NCBI RefSeq assembly: GCF_000237865.1
Contig: NC_017459.1
Location: forward strand, 2,970,001-3,002,000
Reading direction: 5' to 3'
DNA: 32,000 nt
DNA from: Haloquadratum walsbyi C23
GTDB lineage: Archaea; Halobacteriota; Halobacteria; Halobacteriales; Haloferacaceae
Positions 9,287 through 19,497 of this stretch are shown here, one piece after another. The first letter of the stretch is position 1, and every line of letters starts with the position of its first letter. The translations under genes and the position numbers were made by a program. Under the pieces are notes generated by a model. The model saw only the letters and a program-made list of their open reading frames with translations, did no database searches and was not told the origin of the DNA.

Positions 9287-10072
9287 TTATCTCAATTGCT
9301 CGAGCGCTTCAGCTGCTTCATTACTCGCGCGCAGGTGATCACGTGCACGGCGTGGGTCATCACTCGCAGCAGCAAGTTGTGCATGACGGGTCAGTGCCTT
9401 ATGTAGGGACTCAATCGCTGCTTGTCGAGTCGGACCATTCTCTGCTGGACGTTGTTCGGATGTGTTGGTATGCGCAGTACTATTAGCGCCGGCAACTGCA
9501 GTAGTATCATCATTACCATGACGGGATACACCGGTTTGAGTAGACATCCTATCATCGTCTGATGCTGACTGCGATTGTGTTGAGTTCGATGTATTCGTTT
9601 GTACAGTCGTATCAACTGGCTCAACGGTCGGCGATGTATCTGAGCGATCTACATTCGCAGATGATGCAGTATTAGTTTGATCTGCCGGGGAAGACTCTGG
9701 CGCAGCGGTTGCGTCAGCCTGTGTATGTGCTTCAGTGGATGGTTGATTATTTGCTTGCCCGTTTGATGATGAATTAGCGCTCGCGTTTTGACTATCATTA
9801 CTTGAAGCAGCGTTCCCACCTGAATCCGACGCTTGTACCGAACCATTATCAGCAGCGCCACGTTCGGTATTCCGCGATTGACACGTCGGGCAGAACTCCT
9901 GACCCTCATAACGGAAGATGGGCGATCCACATGTCTCACAATGAGCATTCGTCATTGTTGCCCCCTTTAGTAGGAGTTCGCTCATCTGCTGCGTCTCCGC
10001 CCGCCGGTCGGCATTTTTTTCATACTTCTCTCGGAGTCGCTCTCGCTCTGCCTCTTCGTCGAAATCGCTCAC
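9287..10072 (-). CDS. zinc-ribbon protein, UPF0148 / autoantigen-p27-like family, with a long low-complexity linker
   Basis: DFDEEAERERLREKYEKNADRRAETQQMSELLLKGATMTNAHCETCGSPIFRYEGQEFCPTCQ. The start is placed at GTG 10072 (MSDFDEE); upstream ATGs at 10096 and 10138 are possible. A linker of roughly 160 aa rich in S/T/N/A/Q precedes a helical C-terminus. Confidence 0.7.
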   Translation of the reverse strand: MSDFDEEAERERLREKYEKNADRRAETQQMSELLLKGATMTNAHCETCGSPIFRYEGQEFCPTCQSRNTERGAADNGSVQASDSGGNAASSNDSQNASANSSSNGQANNQPSTEAHTQADATAAPESSPADQTNTASSANVDRSDTSPTVEPVDTTVQTNTSNSTQSQSASDDDRMSTQTGVSRHGNDDTTAVAGANSTAHTNTSEQRPAENGPTRQAAIESLHKALTRHAQLAAASDDPRRARDHLRASNEAAEALEQLR

Positions 10073-10223
10073 ACTGATGAATAAAGTATGCCACATCGAA
10101 AAATCCACCGGGGTCACATTGAGTGAATAATTCGACAATCAACGAAGTTAATATCGACAATAGAGACCATATATTATCAAATTCGAAGTCTTTAATCGCT
10201 TTCCACATGTCCGTGTACGTGAT

Positions 10224-11135
10224 ATGACGAAAGTCAGTGTCGTCGGTGCTGCTGGGACAGTTGGTGCTGCCGCAGGATACAGCCTTGCGCTTCGTGGGAC
10301 GGTTGATGAGCTCGTTTTCGTTGATATTCCCGATAAAGAAGATGAGACAATCGGTCAAGCTGCCGATACGAATCATGGCATTGCGTATGATTCGAATACA
10401 ACAGTCATCCAAGGCGATTACGCGGACACTGCTGGGTCTGACGTAGTTGTCATCACCGCAGGGATCCCCCGAAGTCCGGGGCAGACGCGGATTGATCTTG
10501 CTGGAGACAACGCACCGATCATGGCAGACATCGGATCGTCACTTGCAGCACATAATGAAGAGTTTGTTTCAATAACAACGTCGAATCCCGTTGATCTTCT
10601 CAATCGCCACCTGTATGAAACTGGTGACAGGGAGAGACATACTGTTATTGGCTTTGGTGGACGTCTTGACTCTGCACGTTTCCGATATGTGTTGAGCGAG
10701 CGTTTCGATACCGCGGTACAGAACGTTGAGGCAACCATTCTTGGTGAGCACGGTGATGCACAGGTTCCAGCCTTCTCAAAAGTTCGTATCGATGGAACAG
10801 ATCCAACGTTTGATTCCGATGAGCGTGAGACAATTCTGTCAGACCTACAAGCATCAGCGATGGACGTAATTGAGCGAAAAGGCGCAACACAGTGGGGTCC
10901 AGCAACAGGTGTTGCTCACATGGTTGAGGCTGTGCTCAATGATACCGGAGAAGTGCTTCCTGGATCAGTTGTCCTCGATGGTGAATATGGATATACCGAC
11001 ACAGCGTTTGGTGTGCCCGTCAAACTCGGTGCAAATGGTGTTGAGGAAGTTCTTGAGTGGGAACTCGATCAGTATGAGCACGAATTAATGGACGATGCAG
11101 CCGAGAAGCTCTCAGACCAGTACGCAAAGATTTGA
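10224..11135 (+). CDS. mdh: malate dehydrogenase (LDH-like, haloarchaeal type)
   Basis: 303 aa. Motifs: [19 protein letters not shown] Rossmann motif, [16 protein letters not shown] substrate loop, and catalytic ILGEHGD. Confidence 0.9.
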   Translation: MTKVSVVGAAGTVGAAAGYSLALRGTVDELVFVDIPDKEDETIGQAADTNHGIAYDSNTTVIQGDYADTAGSDVVVITAGIPRSPGQTRIDLAGDNAPIMADIGSSLAAHNEEFVSITTSNPVDLLNRHLYETGDRERHTVIGFGGRLDSARFRYVLSERFDTAVQNVEATILGEHGDAQVPAFSKVRIDGTDPTFDSDERETILSDLQASAMDVIERKGATQWGPATGVAHMVEAVLNDTGEVLPGSVVLDGEYGYTDTAFGVPVKLGANGVEEVLEWELDQYEHELMDDAAEKLSDQYAKI

Positions 11136-11279
11136 AGAATCGAAAGTATATTATCTTGAGTTAGATATCTGTCAGGTATCAGCGTCTATGCTCTATATTG
11201 GCGGTGAATATCAAAGCATATGCTAGATTCCGCCGCCAATTATTGTGTTAATGAAACCGACGCTTTTAGCAGAAGTCAA

Positions 11280-11315
11280 GAGGAGAGTCCGTGTGCGTTG
11301 GCGCCGAGATGAATC
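11280..11315 (+). repeat. R1-like copy e (weak)
   Basis: GAGGAGAGTCCGTGTGCGTTGGCGCCGAGATGAATC shares the GAGGAGAG..TCC 5' part of copy a and the GATGAATC 3' part of copy c. The stem is poor. Confidence 0.3.
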
Positions 11316-11866
11316 TAACATCGGGGATTTAGACCAAGAAATATTATTTATGTGACAAAAGCCATAGCTGAGATCCCGACAGTCTTGCTTAGGGTGTCTT
11401 CATGTATACACAAGTGGCGTGCTATCATATGAACGAATCTTCGCGCTGAACTGCAAGGGGGATCTCAAACCTGCCATTGCTTCCAGTGATCAAACTCCGA
11501 ATCCACTGACAAGCACATCGCTTTAATAATTAAGGAGTCAAATCCTTTTCCACAAAGAGTGAGTCAAACGAACGAGTATGGAGGAGATACAGCCGTGCAT
11601 TATTTTTCCAAGAAATTGATGATGAGCGAATTAGCATGCTTTCTACTGCTAAATAGTGACGAGCAGTATTCATCGGACTGAATTAAACTGGAATAATAAC
11701 CACGGTCAGACTGAGTTATCATCGTCACTATTGAGCAGGGCTGGGACAGTCCAAATCAGAGCGTCTGTGGAGACCGGAGTTACTGTGGGTATGCGTCACC
11801 CGAACATACCGCTTGCAAATACCGTCACAGAAGCAGAAATTCCAGTACGAGAGCACGGAAGTCCCG

Positions 11867-11907
11867 CCCTCAACGGAGCGATAGTGGAGTAGGATGGGGC
11901 AGTTCAC
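11867..11907 (+). repeat. R2 repeat copy 3 (internally shortened)
   Basis: CCCTCAACGGAGCGATAGTGGAGTAGGATGGGGCAGTTCAC. Confidence 0.6.
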
Positions 11908-11960
11908 TGGGTGAGTGCCTGACCGTGGACCTTTTGTTGTCGTCTCACGAGTGAGGCTGT

Positions 11961-12380
11961 ATGCACTATCGTGAGGTAGACACGACGCAGGAGTTCTTAT
12001 TGAGACTTGAAACGGGTGCTGATTGGCGAACAGAGATTGAAGAGTTCGCTGAGCTCAAAAATATCGATGCCGCGTGGTTCAACGCAATGGGTGCCGTTCA
12101 AGACGCGGAAGTGTGGTTTTATGATCACACTGAGACTGAGTACAATAGTGTGAATTTTGATGAACCACTTGAGATTGCCGCCTGTATTGGCAACGTTTCA
12201 ATGCTTGATGATGAGCGATTCGCACATACTCACGCTGTGCTTTCACGACCAAGCGGGCAGGCGCTTGCTGGACATCTCAACGCTGGAACCGTTTTTGCCG
12301 GTGAGGTATATCTCCGAGTGCTTGATACTGACCTGGTTCGTGAGTATGATGAGACAACCGGTCTTGATGTCTGGCTATAA
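11961..12380 (+). CDS. PPC (DUF296) domain protein
   Basis: 139 aa. PPC-fold-like elements AMGAVQDAEVWFYD and HTHAVLS...AGHLNAGTV. The stop lies 2 nt before the PolD large-subunit start, so the two are probably co-transcribed. Confidence 0.65.
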   Translation: MHYREVDTTQEFLLRLETGADWRTEIEEFAELKNIDAAWFNAMGAVQDAEVWFYDHTETEYNSVNFDEPLEIAACIGNVSMLDDERFAHTHAVLSRPSGQALAGHLNAGTVFAGEVYLRVLDTDLVREYDETTGLDVWL

Positions 12381-12382
12381 TC

Positions 12383-15300
12383 GTGCGAGACGCAGATAAA
12401 CAATACTTTGAGACACTAGAATCGCATCTTGAGCAAGCATTTGCCCGGGCACGACAAGCAAAAGGGCAGGGATATGACCCAAAGCCAGAAGTTGAAATCC
12501 CAGTCGCGAGAGACATGGCTGATCGTGTTGAAAATATACTTGCAATACCTGACGTTGCAGAGCGTATACGAGAGCTTGATGATGAGCGCTCTCGCGAAGA
12601 AGTGGCGCTTGAACTTGTTACTGATTTTGTTGAGGGGACTGTTGGCGATTATGATACACGTGAAGGAAAAATTGAGGGAGCAGTTCGAACAGCCGTTGCG
12701 CTCCTCACTGAGGGTGTTGTCGCGGCACCGATTGAGGGCATTGACCGAGTCGAGATTCTCAGTAATGATGACGGTAGTGAGTTTGTCAATGTCTACTATG
12801 CTGGACCAATCCGCTCAGCAGGAGGAACTGCGCAGGCGTTGTCAGTGCTTGTGGCTGATTATGCTCGATCACTATTAGATATTGATGAATACTCCGCACG
12901 TACTGATGAAACAGAGAGATATGCTGAGGAAGTGAGTCTATATGACCGTGAAACGGGTTTACAGTACTCACCAAAGGACAAAGAGACAAAATTTATTACC
13001 AAACATATGCCAATCATGCTCGATGGTGAGGCAACTGGTAATGAAGAGGTCTCTGGATATCGTGATCTCGAACGTGTTGATACGAATGCTGCACGCGGGG
13101 GAATGTGTCTTGTACTCGCTGAAGGGATTGCACTTAAAGCACCCAAAATCCAACGATATACCCGACAGCTCGCCGAGGTGGAATGGCCATGGCTACAGGA
13201 CCTTATTGATGATACCATCGGATCAGATGAACACAGCAACAATAGTGTCAAGAATGGCGAAGCTGATATTATCAAGACAGATAAAGATACAAACGAGAGT
13301 GAAACTAAAGATGGAATAGATAGCGATGATTACAACGATTCTGGGTTAGAACCTGCTAACTCCCCTCGTGCTGACGCCACGAATAAGTATCTTCGTGATC
13401 TCATTGCAGGGCGTCCTGTGTTCGGGCACCCATCGGCCGCAGGCGCTTTTCGACTTCGGTATGGACGCGCACGGAATCATGGGTTCGCGACCGCAGGTGT
13501 TCATCCAGCAACGATGCACATTGTTGATGATTTCATTGCGACAGGAACGCAATTAAAAACCGAGCGTCCTGGAAAGGCTGGCGGTGTTGTGCCTGTTGAC
13601 TCGATTAAAGGACCGACAGTCAGACTTGCAAATGGCGATGTCCGCTGTATCAATGATCCTGAAGAAGCCGAGAAGCTGCAAAATGGGGTCGAAAAGATTC
13701 TTGACCTCGGTGAGTATCTCGTTAATTTCGGTGAATTCATCGAGAATAATCATCCACTTGCACCAGCAGCATATGTTTTTGAATGGTGGATTCAGGAGTT
13801 TGAAGCCAGTAATGCAGATGTGCAGGCACTTCGTGATGACCCAACAGTCGATCTCGAAAGTCCAACTTTCGAGAATGCGATGAGATGGGCAAAGAAACAC
13901 GATATTCCACTCCACCCAGCATACACCTATCTTTGGCACGATATTTCAGTGACTGAGTTTGACCATCTTGCAGATGCTGTGGCAACCGGCGAGATTACCA
14001 CGAATGAGGTCAGTGATACGAACAGTGCCAGCGGTAACACATCACTTAGAGTCAATACAAACACAGATGACACGCTAACAATTGATACAACGCCAGCGAT
14101 TCGGGAGACGATGGAACGATTACTCATTGAACATCACCAAGACAGTGACTCAATTCACATTCCTGCATGGCGAGCACTTGCACTTTCACTTGGGATTAAG
14201 ATTGAATCTGACAATGATACAGGAATTGGCGACCGCATGTGGTCGCTTACAGATCTCTCAAAACATGCTCGGAAACAAGATGACGGGAAGAGCGCTATTG
14301 CAGCGGTGAATGAGGTCGCTCCATTTCAGGTTCGTGAGCGTGCGCCAACACGGATTGGAAGCCGAATGGGGCGTCCAGAGAAGTCTGAGGATCGAGATCT
14401 TTCACCCGCCGTACATACACTCTTTCCAATTGGTGAGGCTGGCGGGAATCAACGTAATCTCAGTGATGCCGCACAGAGCTTTGGCGATAACACTGAGCGC
14501 GGTCAGATTTCAGTTCAGTTGGGGAAGCGTCGGTGTCCATATTGTGAGACAGTTGGGTTCGAACTGCAATGCGCTGAGTGTGGTCGTCATACCGAACCAC
14601 AATTTGTGTGTCGTGAATGTGAGTCAGTGCTCTCTCCTGATGAATCTGGACGGGTGCACTGTGACCGATGCGAGCGCGATGTGACAAGCGCTGAATGGCA
14701 GGATATTGACCTCCATCAGAGATACCGTGATGCACTCGACCGTGTTGATGAGCGCGAATCATCATTTGAGATTTTAAAAGGCGTCAAAGGGCTTACTTCG
14801 TCAAATAAAACGCCTGAACCACTTGAAAAAGGGATCCTGCGAGCGAAACATGGTGTCTCATCATTCAAAGACGGTACGGTTCGGTATGACATGACTGACC
14901 TACCAGTTACCGCAGTTCGTCCTAAAGAACTTGATGTCACCGCTGCTCATTTCCGCGAACTTGGATATCAAACAGATATCAACGGCAATCCACTTCAATT
15001 TGATGACCAACTCGTCGAACTCAAAGTACAAGATATTGTGCTTCCGGATGGAGCAGCTGAACACATGATGAAGACGGCGGATTTTGTTGATGATCTCTTA
15101 GAGCAGTTTTATGAGCTTGATCAATTCTATCAGATCGATGAACGAGACGACCTAATTGGTGAACTCGTCTTTGGAATGGCACCACATACATCGGCTGCTG
15201 TCGTTGGGCGAATCGTTGGATTCACTTCCGCAGCTGTCGGATACGCACATCCATATTTCCACGCTGCGAAACGGCGAAACTGCTTCCATCCAGAGACAAA

Positions 15301-18300
15301 GATATGGTTTCGTGATACCGATAATGAGTGGCATCATGAGACGATTCAGACGTTTGTTGAGGATCGCCTCGATGATCCTGAGATAGATGCTGTCGGGACC
15401 CTCGTTCAGGAAGTTGATGATAACACTGATCGTGAGATCTCGGTTCCATCGATTGATGACAATGGGAATGAACGGTTACAGTCAGTGACAGCCGTATCAA
15501 AGCATCGTGCACCAAATCATCTGGTTCAAATCGAGACAATAAGTGGTCGGGAGATAACGATAACGCCTGATCATGAGATGCATATTTTCGAGCAAGGCAA
15601 CCTTGTCTCGAAGCAGGCAAGTAAGATAACTTCTGGTGAGTATGCGGTTATACCGAAGCGATTGCAAACGATATCACCCTCATCTCACACACCACAGCAT
15701 GATCTTCTTCGGGAGTTCCTCACTCGGGATGAGCTTACAGCTGATTGGCTGATAATCCATACATCAGATCCTGTCCGATTGTGTAACCGAGTCTTCCCTG
15801 AGGAAGTTACTAGCTGTAAAGATGCGGTTGAGATAATGCAAAATACCGCCTGTCATTTGGACGAAAATAAAGAAACGTTGATAGGATGGCTCGATGAGGG
15901 AACAATACCGGTCGTACTTCTACGCAGATTTGTCGAGACAGATGAAGCCCTTCTGATGAGTACTCCTGATGATGTGCAGATTGGGCTTCGTGGAGAGAAA
16001 GTGAGAATTGACCGGCATATCGGATTTACTGAGGAACTTACATCATTGCTTGGATATTATGCTGCGGCAGGCATAGTTCACGCGCAGACGAATCCAATAT
16101 CATACGAAAGTGCTCAGCAGGAACAATCAAGAATAACATTCTATAATATCGATACACAAACACAAACAGACCTTCTGAACGCGCTCAACAGCGTGTTTGA
16201 GATTGAACCAATCCAGTATAACTCAGATGGGGAGATATTGGGTGTTCCTGGGGAACTTATCAGACGAGTGTTTGATACAGTATTTGATGTCGGCACTCAG
16301 CCAAGTCATAAACGTATCCCACAGGCACTGTTTGATGCATCTGAGTCTCATATCACATCATATCTACGTTGCTTTTTCAGCACTCATGATTCGTTGACGA
16401 CAGACACAAGAGACATTTCTGCAACGACTGTCAGCCGCGAATTTAAAGAAGACATAATTGCAGCATTAAGACGTCTTGGGATTACTGCGGAGGTAACCAC
16501 ACAGCAGTCGAGGTCAGTGCCCGAGGTGCTTCCAGATTGGTATGCAATCGATGATACAACTCATCATGATGCTAATAATAGTCTAAACTTGACTCGTTCA
16601 TATGTTATCTCTATTGCATCATCGGATGCAGTAACTCTTCAACGGGACAGACAAGCGCAGGAACAGACAAAGTATGACGCACAAGGTTTGATCGCGAATA
16701 ATAATGCAATCCATCAGTCACGCCAGGTGACCGATGGAGGGAGGAAGGATTACATCACTGAGCCGATCACGGATATTGAGTATGTTGACGCAGACATTGA
16801 TTATACATATTGTCTTACTGTTTCTGAGACGCATTCGCTCATCGTGAATGACCTCTCACAAAAGCAGTGTGACGGCGATGAGGACTGTGTTATGCTTTTG
16901 ATGGATGGATTATTGAATTTCTCACGGGAGTATCTTCCAGATAAACGTGGTGGAAGTGTGGCAGCAGATTCTCGACTGGTTGCGGTGAGCCCTGATGATA
17001 AGATAGTGTTCACGACAATTGAGGACTTTTGGAAGAAACTCAATACTCCAATTGAGCGTAATGGAAAGTTCAGAAAACGAACGTGTGTGTCAGAAGGATG
17101 GCAGACGTACGCCTTTGATGAAAATCATGAGGCATCTCTTCGACCAATCGAAAAGGCAATTCGATACAAAGCTGATGAAAGCAAGCAGTTACGTCGAGTT
17201 ACAACACAGTTTGGTCGGTCACTTGATATTACCGATGAACATAGTCTCTTCCGATATGACGATGGTATTGAAGAGGTGGCTGGTGATGACCTCACTGCAG
17301 GCGATATCATCGTTGCACCACGAACGCTCGACGTTGAGACCATTCAAACAACGCTTGATCTCAGTGAGTATATCCATGATTATGAGCGATGCCCTGGTGA
17401 ACAGACTAGATCGGAAGAATTGAATCTGGCATCGAAGAGCGTGATCAGCAATCCCAGAAATAAGGAAAGTCCAGTAGTGACTCATAATGTATCATCTCAG
17501 CGTTCAAGATCCACAGATGAAATGACGACACTCAGTCCAACCGCTGTGGGAGGACTGGAGTCAAAACAAAATGAAACACTGAGAGTGGGAGAATCGGCAG
17601 AACCGGTCGAGCGGTATATCGATGTCGATGATTCATTTGGGTGGCTTCTTGGGCAGTTCATCGCTCAACGATCTATATCAACCGATGCACTGACAAGTGC
17701 GATTCATACTGCAGCGAAAAAACATGCTGAGCGAATTGTCGCGGCAAGTGACAGTGTATTCGACATAAATCCGACGGTCAATTCAACGGAACGTGGGTGC
17801 GAAGTTGTATTTCCACCGGTATTCGATACGATTGTATCTGGACTGACCGCAAAAGAACAAAGCGAACCTGAGCAGGATATTAATCATACGCACACAGATG
17901 AAATTGGCATTCCTGAGTGCATTCTGCACGCTCCAGATGATATTGTATTATCATTTCTTCAAGGGTTCATACTTGGGGAGAATGCGCAGAGAAAGGGGAA
18001 TGCTGCTTCCGAAGTGAGTGAAATAGTAAGTGAGAGCGAGACGACAGTCACACTCAACACCACAAGTGTCGGTATAAAAGATGGACTTGTCTTTTTATGT
18101 CATCGATTAGGGATCATTGCACGCATTTCAGAGAAAAGCGGAGGGGAGTATTCAGCTCACTTCGAAGAATCCAGATACACCGTCTCGATTGCAACTGAAG
18201 GAAAGACGAATCCACTAGATCAGATCCTGGACGGTGAGCGCCCGACCATGCCGGAGGGTGTTAGTGTCCCGGTTCCGGATGCACTACTGACAATACATGA

Positions 18301-19252
18301 GTCGATAGCAAACAGTCCTCATATTGACCAGGTGATTCCAGATACTGTGGTCCAACAGGAGACAGTCTCACTGGAGACACTTCAGTCGCTCCTCACAGAA
18401 CTATCGACAGTAGATCTTCCAGCACAACTTGAGGCAAAGCGAGACGAATTGACGTTACTCACTGGGGGCGACCTATCTTATCTTCGAGTTGAGAGTGTCG
18501 AATGTATTGATTATGATGGGTATCTATATGATCTGCAAGTTGGTGGAGAACCAGTATTCACCGCGAACTGGCTCTACGCACACAACTCTATGGACGCCCC
18601 ATTGGTGATGTCCTCACGCATTGACCCCTCAGAGATTGATGATGAGGCACATAACATGGATATCGTTCGACAGTATCCACGAGAATTCTATGAGGCAACT
18701 CGACGGATGGAAGATCCTGATGAGTGGGAAGAGGAGGTCACGATTGCTGAGGAATACCTTGACACCGACAATGAGTACACGGGGTTCAATCACACCCATG
18801 ATACGACCGATATTGCTGCTGGTCCGGACCTCTCGGCGTACAAAACGCTCGATTCGATGATGGATAAGATGGATGCACAACTTGAGCTTGCACGCAAACT
18901 CCGGGCAGTCGATGAAACGGATGTCGCAGAGCGTGTGATTGAATATCACTTTCTACCAGACTTAATTGGGAATTTACGGGCATTCTCGCGACAACAAACA
19001 CGTTGTCTCGACTGTGGAGAGTCATATCGACGAATGCCACTGACCGGTGAGTGTCGAGAGTGTGGTGGTCGAGTGAATCTCACCGTACATGAAGGATCAG
19101 TGAATAAATACATGGACACAGCAATTCACATTGCTGAGGAGTTTGACTGCCGCGAATATACAAAACAGCGTCTTGAGGTGCTTGAAAGAAGTCTTGAGTC
19201 CATCTTTGAAGATGATACCAACAAACAATCAGGAATCGCTGATTTCATGTAA
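12383..19252 (+). CDS. polC: DNA polymerase II (PolD) large subunit DP2, interrupted by two inteins
   Basis: 2289 aa with a GTG start. DP2 hallmarks: AGPIRSAGGTAQA, RPVFGHPSAAGAFRLRYGRARN, and the zinc-finger cluster CPYCE..CAECG..CRECE..CDRCE. The catalytic region reads HPYFHAAKRRN / CDGDEDCVMLLMDGLLNFSREYLPDKRGG / SMDAPLVMSS, and the C-terminus has CLDCG..CRECGG. The mature protein after intein removal would be 1216 aa. Confidence 0.95.
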   Translation: MRDADKQYFETLESHLEQAFARARQAKGQGYDPKPEVEIPVARDMADRVENILAIPDVAERIRELDDERSREEVALELVTDFVEGTVGDYDTREGKIEGAVRTAVALLTEGVVAAPIEGIDRVEILSNDDGSEFVNVYYAGPIRSAGGTAQALSVLVADYARSLLDIDEYSARTDETERYAEEVSLYDRETGLQYSPKDKETKFITKHMPIMLDGEATGNEEVSGYRDLERVDTNAARGGMCLVLAEGIALKAPKIQRYTRQLAEVEWPWLQDLIDDTIGSDEHSNNSVKNGEADIIKTDKDTNESETKDGIDSDDYNDSGLEPANSPRADATNKYLRDLIAGRPVFGHPSAAGAFRLRYGRARNHGFATAGVHPATMHIVDDFIATGTQLKTERPGKAGGVVPVDSIKGPTVRLANGDVRCINDPEEAEKLQNGVEKILDLGEYLVNFGEFIENNHPLAPAAYVFEWWIQEFEASNADVQALRDDPTVDLESPTFENAMRWAKKHDIPLHPAYTYLWHDISVTEFDHLADAVATGEITTNEVSDTNSASGNTSLRVNTNTDDTLTIDTTPAIRETMERLLIEHHQDSDSIHIPAWRALALSLGIKIESDNDTGIGDRMWSLTDLSKHARKQDDGKSAIAAVNEVAPFQVRERAPTRIGSRMGRPEKSEDRDLSPAVHTLFPIGEAGGNQRNLSDAAQSFGDNTERGQISVQLGKRRCPYCETVGFELQCAECGRHTEPQFVCRECESVLSPDESGRVHCDRCERDVTSAEWQDIDLHQRYRDALDRVDERESSFEILKGVKGLTSSNKTPEPLEKGILRAKHGVSSFKDGTVRYDMTDLPVTAVRPKELDVTAAHFRELGYQTDINGNPLQFDDQLVELKVQDIVLPDGAAEHMMKTADFVDDLLEQFYELDQFYQIDERDDLIGELVFGMAPHTSAAVVGRIVGFTSAAVGYAHPYFHAAKRRNCFHPETKIWFRDTDNEWHHETIQTFVEDRLDDPEIDAVGTLVQEVDDNTDREISVPSIDDNGNERLQSVTAVSKHRAPNHLVQIETISGREITITPDHEMHIFEQGNLVSKQASKITSGEYAVIPKRLQTISPSSHTPQHDLLREFLTRDELTADWLIIHTSDPVRLCNRVFPEEVTSCKDAVEIMQNTACHLDENKETLIGWLDEGTIPVVLLRRFVETDEALLMSTPDDVQIGLRGEKVRIDRHIGFTEELTSLLGYYAAAGIVHAQTNPISYESAQQEQSRITFYNIDTQTQTDLLNALNSVFEIEPIQYNSDGEILGVPGELIRRVFDTVFDVGTQPSHKRIPQALFDASESHITSYLRCFFSTHDSLTTDTRDISATTVSREFKEDIIAALRRLGITAEVTTQQSRSVPEVLPDWYAIDDTTHHDANNSLNLTRSYVISIASSDAVTLQRDRQAQEQTKYDAQGLIANNNAIHQSRQVTDGGRKDYITEPITDIEYVDADIDYTYCLTVSETHSLIVNDLSQKQCDGDEDCVMLLMDGLLNFSREYLPDKRGGSVAADSRLVAVSPDDKIVFTTIEDFWKKLNTPIERNGKFRKRTCVSEGWQTYAFDENHEASLRPIEKAIRYKADESKQLRRVTTQFGRSLDITDEHSLFRYDDGIEEVAGDDLTAGDIIVAPRTLDVETIQTTLDLSEYIHDYERCPGEQTRSEELNLASKSVISNPRNKESPVVTHNVSSQRSRSTDEMTTLSPTAVGGLESKQNETLRVGESAEPVERYIDVDDSFGWLLGQFIAQRSISTDALTSAIHTAAKKHAERIVAASDSVFDINPTVNSTERGCEVVFPPVFDTIVSGLTAKEQSEPEQDINHTHTDEIGIPECILHAPDDIVLSFLQGFILGENAQRKGNAASEVSEIVSESETTVTLNTTSVGIKDGLVFLCHRLGIIARISEKSGGEYSAHFEESRYTVSIATEGKTNPLDQILDGERPTMPEGVSVPVPDALLTIHESIANSPHIDQVIPDTVVQQETVSLETLQSLLTELSTVDLPAQLEAKRDELTLLTGGDLSYLRVESVECIDYDGYLYDLQVGGEPVFTANWLYAHNSMDAPLVMSSRIDPSEIDDEAHNMDIVRQYPREFYEATRRMEDPDEWEEEVTIAEEYLDTDNEYTGFNHTHDTTDIAAGPDLSAYKTLDSMMDKMDAQLELARKLRAVDETDVAERVIEYHFLPDLIGNLRAFSRQQTRCLDCGESYRRMPLTGECRECGGRVNLTVHEGSVNKYMDTAIHIAEEFDCREYTKQRLEVLERSLESIFEDDTNKQSGIADFM
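15281..16867 (+). mobile_element. intein 1 in DP2 (529 aa, protein residues 967-1495)
   Basis: Junctions read AAKRRN|CFHPETKIWF and THSLIVNDLSQKQ|CDGDEDC. Block B is ITITPDHEMH. LAGLIDADG-like motifs are LLGYYAAAG and YLRCFFSTHDS. The intein ends in Lys-Gln. Confidence 0.85.
16955..18586 (+). mobile_element. intein 2 in DP2 (544 aa, protein residues 1525-2068)
   Basis: Junctions read PDKRGG|SVAADSRLVAV and FTANWLYAHN|SMDAPLV. Block B is LDITDEHSLF. LAGLIDADG-like motifs are WLLGQFIAQRS and FLQGFILGENA. Confidence 0.85.
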
Positions 19253-19497
19253 GCGCAATTATCTTTTGATTCACGTATTTCGATCTGTGTATCGAATCTT
19301 GATCATCGTGTGTTGGGTTGATATTACTGATGTTTCGAGCCCAAGGGGATGACAGACAATTAAGCGTACAGAGACAATGTACTCGTTTTGTCTGTACCGT
19401 CTATCACAAGTATAGTTTGTATGAGTCCAGACCAAATTCTTTGGTTAGACCAGCATAGACAGATAGATTCAGGACAATCGAGCCTGAAAGAGTAGAC

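Noticed and set aside
11656-11892. 78-aa ORF in the mdh-PPC spacer
   Set aside because: Not acidic and no recognisable motif. Its 3' end is made of an R2 repeat copy.
13190-13360. A third intein or foreign insert in the DP2 N-terminal region (SDEHSNNSVKNGEADIIKTDKDTNESETKDGIDSDDYNDSGLEPANS)
   Set aside because: There are no intein blocks: no Cys/Ser/Thr nucleophile junctions, no TxxH and no HN. It looks like an acidic low-complexity loop expansion of the kind also seen in hemC and hemL here.
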